Positions 50,327 through 60,328 of a DNA stretch of 64,000 bases are shown one piece after another. The notes beneath the pieces are model-generated. The model had not been told where the DNA came from and ran no database searches. It saw only the letters and a list, made by a program, of their open reading frames with translations. Source of the stretch: Antedon mediterranea (taxonomy: Eukaryota > Animalia > Echinodermata); contig NC_092680.1 of the NCBI RefSeq assembly GCF_964355755.1, positions 7,750,001-7,814,000 of the forward strand, written 5' to 3'. Within the stretch, counting starts at the first letter, position 1. Each line of letters begins with the position of its first letter. The position numbers and the translations under genes are program-made.

Positions 50327-51025
50327 TAAATAGAAGAGATGAAAGTTGTCGTAGTGTGACATACGCTACTGAGACTGCAGTGTGTTACGAATACGAATCT
50401 AGATAAATAGTCCTAACAAATAAATATTTGTATGCAATTTCATTTAATATGCCATTTATTATCATAGTTATATAGTGTATTATTATTTTTCGTGAACTTA
50501 AAAATACTATAATGTGCATTTATTGTAAATAATTAACGTTTATTGATTTTTAAATCTTTGAATCAAAAGACAATAATTGATTGTAAATACGTAATTATGA
50601 ATAATCAGCTTAGCTGGTGAACCACGGTAATAATGTAACAACAATTAAATAATCAATTATATTATTATTACCTTTAATAAATTATTTAATTGCTTTCCAG
50701 GATTTATATGTGGGCAGTTTAGGGGTTATCTATGACTTAATAAATTATAGTGTAGGTTCTGACTCGACTTAATAATTGGTAAAAAGATAAATATATTTGC
50801 ACATATGGCGTGTCATACCTATATTTTAGCTACGTTTTCAAATCAGAACGTCGACTATTAGTGACACGCACTCATTATAGTAAAGGGATACTAACAGCAA
50901 GGCCGTAGCGAGAGGTTAAAAACAGACGAGGCAAAAATGCTTGAAATATAATTATTAATATAAAATATGACGTTCTGTGCTGGGGAATTGGGGAAACTAG
51001 ACACTTGGGGAAAGTATCTAGTTTT

Positions 51026-51397
51026 GAGTGAGTGAGTGAGTGAGTGGCCAAGTGGTTAAGAAAGTGGAACCGTAATTACGTAGCCATAACATCGGCAAGG
51101 GTTCGAGCCTCACTCGCTTCATGGTCCTAATGGTAGTAGAACGAGTCTTCTCGGATAAGGACTATAACCTGTAGGTCCAGTGTACACATAGCTCATGTGC
51201 ACTTTAAAAAACCTAGTATATCTTTCGAGACGAGTAGGGGTTACCCCGGTGAACTAGTCCACACAAACACGGCCACTGTCACACACAGCCACTGTGCAAT
51301 TGTGACTGGACTGTTTTTAGAGGTGTTTACCACCTGTTGATCCTGATCCTTCACTAACAGTGTTAGTGAGAAGTTGAATTGAATAAATTAAAAAAAA
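51026..51397 (+). mobile_element. tRNA-derived SINE (Deu/Nin-domain-like core)
   Basis: A box TGGCCAAGTGG, B box GGTTCGAGCC, family core, and an AATAAA/oligo-A end; closely similar to the reverse complement of 58300-58523. Confidence 0.8.
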
Positions 51398-52293
51398 GTA
51401 TAAATGTAACGGTTTATAAATTAAATGTTTAGCCTATTATACACCACCTAATTATTGATATTATATCTTGTAAACATTGTTACTATGTTGGAGCCGAGGA
51501 CTACTTCACTCATATCAGCTGACAAAACGGGTTAGATTTACGTAATAACTCCGAGGTAGCGACAGAATACAACAATACTTACTCTACCGTTTTATTTGCT
51601 GAGAAAGCCAATGCTGTAATCAATGCTCATAACAAAAGTCAGGTATTATACTTCTATTTTAATTATTTTCTAAGCAATCCATGTACCGCAAAATCAGAGT
51701 TCAATGAGTTCGTGTGTCAGGATTATAGCGCGCGTTAATTCTAGAATGTTTACTCGATGGAATAAAAAGTTGATTCGTACTTTCGGTATTTTACTAATTA
51801 AATTGAGTTAGATAATTAGTTATTGACAATTAAAACGAATTTAGGTTCAATTGTTTGCCCCTAAATAGGGTGTTTTCCGATCGTGGTATACACTGTCTAA
51901 TGGATGTCCATCTTGAAAAATACCCGCACACAATAATACGAGGATGCTTTGCATTTTTCTCCTACGATAATTGTTTTTAATAGCTGAAACCGGTTAAACA
52001 GCTCGAGTACAGCATCATAATGTTGAAGACAGGCCGATTTTCTTTTTTTCTTTTTTTTTAATTTTGTGACAAGTTCTTCTTTCGGAAGTAATTCCCAGGG
52101 TGATAATTGTAGTTGACTACATAAATCATCGTGTCTATTTATTCATTTTTGTAAACGAAAATGTATTATAGTCCTGTGGTACGTACATTAAAAAAAAACA
52201 CTATTTTTTTACGCTGAAATTACTATGTATTCGAGAACCGTCTGTGGGCACGACCTAGATGGTACGCTCTAGTTTATAAAAATGATGATTAAA

Positions 52294-52479
52294 GGCTAAT
52301 TTACACAGACGAGCGGTAACGGTAATAAAAATATAGAATCATGTTATTCCTTATGACCATTTGCACACAACGCGGAGCGGACGGGCGGTTTCCGCTCAAG
52401 ATAGATAGATTCTACGTGGGACAAGCTACGCAGTTTTCGAGCGCTTACGACCGTTACCGCTCGTCTGTGTAAATTGGCC
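52294..52479. mobile_element. MITE family A, copy 3 (reverse orientation)
   Basis: GGCTAATTTACACAGACGAGCGGTAACGG...CCGTTACCGCTCGTCTGTGTAAATTGGCC. Confidence 0.82.
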
Positions 52480-53143
52480 GTTAGCTTATAACATCGAAAC
52501 CATACAGGTAATGATGATGTACTTTTATGTTTTTCAGTCACTGTTTCTGTATATACCTTTCCAAGCAGTACAGTACATGCCCCTTTAGAGGTTCTTGCCA
52601 GTTACGCAGAGCCATACAAATCGATTTATCCTAATGATAAATCGCGACAGACATACGCCGGTATGGTGACGTGTATTGACGAGGCAATTGGTAACATTAC
52701 CGACACTCTAAAATCAAAAGGACTGTATAATAATACTATTATTATATTTTCAACAGGTAATGTGAACTAATTATTATAACTATCAGTAACCCTGTGATCT
52801 AATTTTGATGTTTTGCTTTAAGCGGTGATACATTTCGCGGATTCGAACTCGAACGTACTAAGCATTGATGTCAGTGACCACGGCGTTTTACTCACTGAGA
52901 TGAGCCAAACCGTGATTTACGAAATATATTACGTTCAAAGGATAGGTCTAATTAATTAAACCTTCAACTATGCGATCAGTCGATACGTTTGGCCGGCTGC
53001 CGAGAATAAACACTGTTTTAATTTGCCGGCCGGCTCGGCATGGGTATTTGTAGATCTAGCCTTTGCGGTACACAACAGACGAAGTTGATACGTGGCGTTA
53101 CAATTCGCGAAACATATTTGTTAGTGTTCATCTTTAAAATGCA

Positions 53144-53280
53144 GAAAAGTGATATAGCATATCCTGTGCGGCTCATCAAGAAACATCAGTGTGCCAAATG
53201 TGAGAACGTACCATTCAGCGGTTTTGGAGAAGATACGAAACATTTCGCGACCAGTTTAGTAGTATCAATAATGTGTAGAT
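53144..53280. repeat. Dispersed repeat, unclassified (possibly a rolling-circle element 3' part)
   Basis: AACATCAGTGTGCCAAATGTGAG...AGATACGAA...CGCGACCA.TTTAGTAG is shared with 58695-58828. Confidence 0.65.
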
Positions 53281-53939
53281 AATGATGAAAATAATGTATA
53301 CGTGGAAATAGAAAGAATTTAGAAAATTAGTAGAAAGTGACAGGTATTGTAAGCGTGGGTACCGCACCAGTCAATTGATGTAATTTACACCGATACAGCA
53401 CCCATAGAAAAGTGTACTGTAAGTGTTATTTTATTTCTATTTCTAGACAATGGTGGAGCGGTTACACGAGGGGCAAATAATTGGCCATTACGTGGATGGA
53501 AAAATACACTGTGGGAAGGGGATGTCCGTGCGGTGGGCTTTGTTCACAGTCCCCTTCTTCCAAAACAAGTTCAAGGAACTATCAACAATGAACTAATACA
53601 CGTCAGTGATTGGTTCTCAACCATTGTAGAGGGATTGGCTCAAGGTGATATTAATGGTACTAAGCCTCTTGATGGATACAATGTATGGCCGTGCATTATT
53701 AGGTAAGTAAAATGCTATATTTGGTTCTGGACTACAACAATAGCATTCAAGTAATTTTTCTTTTGGATGATCTAAAGTCATATAAAAATTGTAAAACTTA
53801 CGTTTTTTACTGTAGCTTTCGCTGGTCAATACTATACCGAGATCCAGATGAACCTTTTTACTGATGTAAATAGCCAGATTGTAAAGGCACTTTATAGTGT
53901 ATATCCATGAGTATCTGTATAAAATGCATAGTGTGCTAA

Positions 53940-54045
53940 AGCTCTGTCTACACTATCAAACTTTATTTGACAAAAAGAGTGATGTGCCCTAATATAGACA
54001 TGATGATGTCATATCACTACCATACTTGGGCACACCACATTTGTT
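53940..54045. mobile_element. MITE family C, partial
   Basis: TAA|AGCTCTGTCTACACTATCAAACTTTAT...; right TIR missing. Confidence 0.72.
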
Positions 54046-55347
54046 AATGTGGTTAACAAACCAGATTTGGTCAATATGGCTTTGCCTAAAGTAGCATTTT
54101 CTACTTCCAAAATATTCCGCATTTGACATCATTCTAAATGCGGTCCTGCCTCCGTGTATAGATCTTGAATACGTTAACATAAATAACTATGGGCCCGTTC
54201 AGACTTAGTTATTTACTCGGGTAAATTGGTGACATACCTACCAAAGTTAGCAGATAACTGTCCCTTGATACAAACATGTCCACGTAAATAAATAAACTTT
54301 AGAGGTCTATTTCTAAGAAAATGATTACTTCCGTGTATTCTCTGTTTGCGAACGAGTTTGTGCTGGCAACACCTTTAACCACTAGATTTTGTATATGCAG
54401 TAGCTCTTAACGATAACCAGCGGAAGTACTGGTTTCACAGTCTTCTGTCATCTTCCAATGATGTAAAATTATTTTTAAAAAACTCCCGAATTTTATGAAA
54501 TACATTTAACTTTGTTGATAACCATGTCCATTCTTTTACAAATAATACATTAATATTTAGATTTTTATTTTGCGTATTTCAAACGTGTGTATTTCAAATT
54601 TTAAACATTTTTATTCTTAGTAAAAACGACGCTTCTCCACGTAAGGAAATTCTACACAATATAGATCCACTAATTATCAGTCCTGGTACACAATGGAAAA
54701 ACAGCTCATTTGATGTTCAAATAAATGCCGCTCTTAGGTCAGGTGATTGGAAGATTCTTGCTGGTGTTCAAGGTAAATTTGACTACCAACCTTAAGTAAT
54801 TTTAAAGTTAGCTATAATGGTTTAAGTCTGAACAGGGGTGTCACAAATGATTATTTCTACTCACTGTAATTGAAAAAAAAAGAGAAGACAAAATCGGGAA
54901 GACAGACTGTTAAGATACCACATTTATACCTTTTTTAAAAATTTTCCTCTCATGATCAAAAACCCCACCCCTTGCAAATCTGTCAAAACGTGCTATGCAC
55001 GGTTGAAGCTGACAAATTTACAATAATGACAGTGATCTATTATATACCGGTACCCTTTCAGTTATTGTTAATACATTTTACGTGTTGATACGCTTTTTTT
55101 TTTAATAGGAAGTGTTGATTGGGTAGTTCCACCAGATTCTGGTATTACGCCTATTCAACCTGTTGTTGTGAAAAGTCAAGTATTATTCTTGTTCAACGTA
55201 ACTGCTGATCCAAGTGAATATAACGATCTATCTGAAAAGTATCCAAAAGTTGTCGATATGATGCTAGAGAAGTTATCGAGTTACAATAAAACCGCAGCAC
55301 CATGTATATTTCCGGCGCCCGATCAGGGTTCCGCCAACCCTAAACTT

Positions 55348-55429
55348 CACGGTGGAGCCTGGGGTCCGTGGCAATAGCACACGCGTTACACGGTGGAGCC
55401 TGGGGTCCGTGGCAATAGCACACACGTTA
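55348..55429 (+). repeat. 41-bp tandem duplication spanning the stop codon of the ARSB pseudogene
   Basis: CACGGTGGAGCCTGGGGTCCGTGGCAATAGCACAC(G/A)CGTTA, two copies. Confidence 0.95.
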
Positions 55430-55565
55430 AATGCGTGCTATTTTTATACACACAATAATGATATTCAGTACTTGTAGTTTTTTAGTTTAATAATTGAATA
55501 GTTTTTCTTTTTAGCTTCATAAATTTAACATATCATTGTAGCTACTACAGTACTTAACTGTGGGG

Positions 55566-55746
55566 TGGCTGATTTTTGCCAATAAAAACAATTATTTTAT
55601 AATAATACGCCGTTATAACGCCGTAATTATGGCGTTATAACGCCTTATTAGGGCGTACTAGGCGTTACGCGTTATAGCGCCCTAATTACGGCGTTATAAT
55701 GCCGTATTATTATAAAATAGTTGTTTTCTCTGGCGGAAATCAGCCA
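55566..55746. mobile_element. Palindromic foldback/MITE element
   Basis: Arms of about 65 bp, TGGCTGATTT...ATTTTATAATAATACG.C.TTATAACGCCGTAATTA, and their reverse complement. Confidence 0.75.
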
Positions 55747-55819
55747 TCGTATAACTGAGGGACCTCGTTGCAATAATTGTGCTTTAAGGCGCCTCTTCCA
55801 TGGGTTATTGAACATCAAT

Positions 55820-56475
55820 CCAAAATACTCATATTTTTTTCAAAATACGTCAACTTGAGGGCGCTGAACTAATCTAAAATACGAAATTTTTTCTAAAATA
55901 CTGAAAAAAAAACGTTATGGCGCTATCGATTTTCTAAAATATGCGAATTCTCAATGTTGGAGCTCTTTTTTTTTTCAAAATACGCGATTACACAACACTT
56001 TAAATATGACTATTTTACCTGCAGCGTTTTTGTAACTGTATTAGACCTAATTTGATAGTTAAACTAGCTACGTCTGGTATTGTCTATCATACATTACATA
56101 TACTTGATTACATTATTAATGTATAAGCCGTGATGGATTTCATTTTAAATTACAAATTTATTTTGTTTAAGACTAAAATGCTTGTTTTACTTGAAGAATA
56201 TATATATATTCTATTAGGATGCTATTGAGTCCTGACGATAAAGGCAGCATTTGGAAAGACCTGTATTTTAGGAAACTATTACTATTAGCACCGTACCCTA
56301 AAAAATAAAAAAAGATATTTTTGACAGACTCGCGTATTTTGAATTTGCTTAGCGCGCCCTCAAGTATTTTTGAAAACTTCAGTCTGGAAAATTATTATCG
56401 CATTCTATATTTAATGTATTTTGAATAGCAATTTTTAAAAATAGTATTTTCCAACTTGACGTATTTTCGAAAAAT
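55820..56475. mobile_element. Degenerate foldback-type DNA element with AAAATAC subterminal motifs
   Basis: Repeated AAAATAC on the left and GTATTTT on the right; TTTTCAAAATACGTCAAC versus CTTGACGTATTTTCGAAAAA; CTTGAGGGCGC versus GCGCCCTCAAG. Confidence 0.55.
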
Positions 56476-58202
56476 CGTGTACAATAGTATAGATGACGAA
56501 TTTAAAAAGAGACTCTATGGTCTGAACACGATGTTCACATGCTCACAAAGATTATGCGAAACCTTAATGTTTACGAATGCGACCGGAATTAAGGTTGACT
56601 GTTTATTATATATAATATTATATAAAAACTATATTTTTTAATGTCTGCTTTAAATCATAATTTACTGACACTAGCGATTTGAAAATCATTTTTTATACAA
56701 TCTGTATTTTTTTCCAGGGAAGAGTGAACTCATTTTTGCGGTTGGTTCACGATAAATAAATGAAACGTAGGCCTATATTTCAGCAATTGGCGTCATAGGC
56801 CTACTTATTTGAATTAGATTTTGACTCTTTAAAAAGTGTTCAAAAGCACTTCACTTTTTTGAAGTGAAAAGAATCAAATTAAACTTTGTTATTAATATTT
56901 GTTATTTTGAACTTAAAGTGTTTTAAATGTTGTTTGTGTCAGCGCTGCTATTTTGCTTTTGTTTTCTGGATAATGAAACCTTATCGAAACTACCGTACTT
57001 TACATTACAATATTGGTGGCGTGTAGCATGAATGGTGGGATACAACATGTCTGCATTCGTTTCTGTTTGTATTTATGCGTTTTGCTTTGCTTGTATACAA
57101 GCACAGATGCTAGGTGTATTTGTTTTGCCACATGGTGGAATTGCTGCCTATCCAAACAATTTTAACACTACAAACTCTACAGCTAAATCAGAGGCTTATA
57201 AATTGCACAACGCAGCCAAATATGTAGGCCGAACAATCACTGAGCTGAAACCCGATTTTATATTTCTTAGTACGCCTCACGGCGTATCCGACTCGAAAGA
57301 CTTCCTGTTGTACTACAATACTGTTGCATCCGGAAATGGCAGGACAGACGGATAATTGTCCGCAGCCTTGTGTAAATGTATCTATTGGTCTAGATACTAA
57401 CGTTACTAAGAATTTACTTGAACAACTAGAACCGAAAGCAAATATAAGTGGAGCTACTGCGTTTGGGCCTCCCGGAGAATCCACGGAACCGTTTCCTTTG
57501 AGGTGATAGGCCCCTCTTCTTTCAATTCAGGCATTACTCAGTCAATAATTTTATTTATAGTGTACTGTAATAATATAAGTTACAGCCATTTGTTTTATTT
57601 GTATTAGCTCAGCTATTAAAATATGTATGTGTATATATATGTATATATTAGTCTTGCACTGATGAATGGCTAGCTTTTCTGGCTGTTTTACTGGTTACCC
57701 GTTTTACTTTATCGTTTTGATTTAGCTTTTCGCTTTTTTTTTGTATCTCCATCGAGATCCAGCCACTGATACCCACAGCATTGTAATTTTTTTCAGTACT
57801 TGCCTAAGAATTTATATGTATATATCCGATACACGAAATGTTTAAAAACAGAAAGCTTATGTCTCAGTTAATACTAAATACTGTAGATAGTATTTCATTT
57901 AATTAAAGACAAATCATAAATATTTATTTTTGGGGATCTCTATCAACCCGTTGCGTTGAGAGCGGGTTTCTAAAACTCTATTTTCGAGGTCTTTATTTTT
58001 TTTCAGATGGGGTGAAGTAATTCCGTTGTCATTTATAGATAAAGACACACTAAATTATACAAAGGTTGTAATTTTATCTCAGCCAAGTAGACGTTATAAA
58101 GAAGACGTGCCAATGGTGCCAGAACTGATGAAACTGGGTTTGTACATTATTAATACAGTAGAACCTTTCCTTATCAGCGGACAAATGATTAAGAATATGC
58201 TT

Positions 58203-58523
58203 GTATTGAAATATATTGAAATATATATTTATACTGGGCAACCTCTTCAGTCAAAGACTGGTCTCCCAAAGGGCCCAGTTGGTGATCAGTGGCTGTGATA
58301 TACTAATACACCGGGGTAACCCCCTACTCGTCTCGAAAGATGTACTAGGTTCTTTAAAGTGAACACGAGCTAGATATGTACACTGGACCTACGGTTTATA
58401 GTCCTTATCCGAGAAGACTTGTTCTACCACCAGAACCATGGAGTGAGTGAGCCTCAAAACCATGCCGATGTTATGGCTACGTAATTACGGTTCCACTGTC
58501 TTAAACGCTCGGCCACTCACTCA
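58203..58523 (-). mobile_element. tRNA-derived SINE (Deu/Nin-domain-like core), apparently full length
   Basis: Minus-strand head GAGTGAGTGGCCGAGCG, family core, and a 3' tail ending in tandem ATATATTTCA. Confidence 0.8.
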
Positions 58524-58694
58524 TTATATTTATATTATATTTACTTCCACACTGAAAAGAATAAACATATTTTTTTTAATTCATATATATTTATCTCAAC
58601 TGGGACTTTTTCTCATTCTCACAGATTTCCTCATCTTTATCGTTTCAAATTAATTTGTTTTAATTTTGTTTTAGTGTTTATCCTTAAAATTCAG

Positions 58695-58828
58695 GAAAGT
58701 GATGTAGCTTATCGTGTGTGGACCATCAAAAACATCAGTGTGCCAAATGTGAGCACGCACCATTCACCGTTTTCGGAGTAGATACGAATTACGCGACCAA
58801 TTTAGTAGCTTTAATATAATATATAGAA
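58695..58828. repeat. Dispersed repeat, second copy of 53144-53280
   Basis: Direct sequence similarity at a non-paralogous position. Confidence 0.65.
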
Positions 58829-59970
58829 TTTATTTCAAAATGCATGGTTTATTTTTGTACATTTCAGGTGAATCCATTTTCGATATACTTGAAACAACTG
58901 GGAAGACCTACGTTGTAGTGATTAGTTGCGATCTTGCGCATACTCACGATAAGAACGGTCCGTAAGGGTTTTCAACTGCCGCTGCTCCTTTTGATGAGGT
59001 AGGCCAACTCATAGATGGTCATAGATAAGACCATGGGCTAGTAAGTGGTCCTCAACGTATGTTAAATAAACGATGTGGTATCAGTAGGAGGATTCAAACG
59101 GCTGCGTTATCGAATTTTGTAAGGGATTTTTATTTTTTCCCTCTACCATGTGAATTTGTGTCCCGAGCCACTGAATTGAGCATTATTAAGCAGGTAAAAA
59201 AAAAACCTTTTTACTATGTCTGCTAGTTTTCGTGGACATTGATAATCGTATTTTCTTTGTGTTCCAGGCCTGTGGAAATTGGGCTAAAACACTGGATGGT
59301 ACTTACCTAAATATAAAAGCAGCTGCTTACGTGGATAAAGCACTATCATGTGGATACACAGGTCTGGTGATGGCTAATGCCATGTCACCCGAGTTATTAT
59401 GGAATGATGGTTGCTTCGTTTGTAGATGCTAGATATAAAGATAGCACGATCTGAGTATATATATATTGATTTATACAGAGAAAGGAGCCACAATTTGCGT
59501 TTTTAGCAGGCCCACTGGTGTGACACAAACTCTGTTCAAGAAACTTGTTGCTACTTTAGGATATTGAAATCCAACTTAATCGTGTTGATTGAAAAGAAAC
59601 GTTAACATCAATAATATATAATTCCACTAACATCAAAAAATGTAAAAATGATATAATGCATAATGAGTCTCATTAATTTAATTAAATTATCATTTTTTGG
59701 ATAAAAGTAAAAATGTAATCAATTGTTGAATTGTGCACTTATGGATAATTGAGGATAATTTTGAAATTCAAAATAGCGGCTGAAGGGGTGGTCGAAAAAA
59801 TGGCACCTAACTTTTTTGGATTCACTATCTCAAGTACAACAACATTAGCTAAACAAATCCATTTTGGCACAAATATCGAGATGGAAACCGCCACACTCAA
59901 AATGATCGTATTCCATGTATAGCAAGTAAACGCTAGTTGAGAGCGCTCTATAGATTACGTCCTTGAAATA

Positions 59971-59978
59971 TCACATGA
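59971..59978. promoter_or_regulatory. Candidate M-box/CLEAR-type E-box (TCACATGA) upstream of the ARSB-like ATG
   Basis: TCACATGA about 100 bp before the ATG and a second TCACATG at 60043; the motif is short and could be chance. Confidence 0.3.
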
Positions 59979-60076
59979 TCGATCAGGTGGCGTTTGTGTT
60001 TAGGTAACAATTATATTCCCTTACGATACCAAAGTGAACAATTCACATGCATATCGTGGTGTTGAACGGTTAAACA

Positions 60077-60328
60077 ATGGTTAATACTATTTTACCATTG
60101 TTAGCTTTGCTAGTAGTACTTTCTCGGCAGATTGAAGCTACTGATAGACCGAACATTGTGTTGATTGTAGCAGACGATTATGGTTTTCATGACATTGGTT
60201 ACCACGGTTCAAAAATCAAAACACCGACTTTAGACAAATTGGCAGGAGAAGGTGTTAAGCTTGAAAAATATTATGTTCAGCCGATATGTACTCCAACAAG
60301 AAGTCAGCTGATGACCGGTAGATATCAG
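60077..60328 (+). CDS. ARSB: ARSB-like exon 1
   Basis: ATG to CAG|GTTAGT; encodes the signal peptide and CTPTR motif. Confidence 0.95.

Larger units (their letters stand above)
50068..55377 (+). pseudogene. ARSB: Arylsulfatase B-like pseudogene (duplication unit 1)
   Basis: Exon remnants at 50068-50137 (3' part of exon 2, GKWYLG instead of GKWHLG), 51479-51642 (acceptor AG lost, in-frame TGA at 51520), 52538-52756 (5-nt CAGTA insertion, frameshift), 53447-53702, 54621-54772 and 55109-55377 (...GGAWGPWQ*). Exon 1 with the catalytic CxPxR motif is absent. Confidence 0.9.
57032..59454 (+). pseudogene. Disabled 4-exon gene for a secreted LigB/Memo-fold (class III extradiol dioxygenase-like, TTE1956-like) protein
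   Basis: Exons 57032-57502, 58007-58137, 58868-58998 and 59268-59454, all GT-AG. Motifs: hydrophobic N-terminus, FVLPHGG, PDFIFLSTPHG, RWGEVIPLSF, VISCDLAHTHDKNGP*GF, FDE, ALSCG, HPSYYGMMVASF. Lesions: frameshift near 57340-57352, TAA at 58963-58965 where GPYG is expected, and a frameshift/deletion near 59372-59386. Family assignment is from motif recall. Confidence 0.8.

Noticed and set aside
51520-51522. In-frame TGA as possible selenocysteine or readthrough
   Set aside because: The same copy lacks exon 1, has lost this exon's acceptor and has a frameshift in exon 4, so it is a pseudogene stop.
49376-56900. Unit 1 as an uncollapsed-haplotype assembly artefact
   Set aside because: Introns are strongly diverged, each copy has its own transposon insertions and unit 1 has several disabling lesions, which fits a real, older duplication better.
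57324-57355. Programmed ribosomal frameshift in the LigB-like exon 1
   Set aside because: No slippery heptamer is evident, and two further lesions (TAA, exon 4 frame break) point to decay.
57188-57484. Minus-strand 98-aa ORF (likewise 62836-63129 and 53617-53829)
   Set aside because: Antisense shadows of real plus-strand exons.
59500-59915. Possible Helentron-like element between the LigB-like and ARSB-like genes
   Set aside because: It has suggestive words (TTTTTAGCAGGCCC start, AAATTCAAAAT.GCGG) but I could not identify both termini or a second copy.
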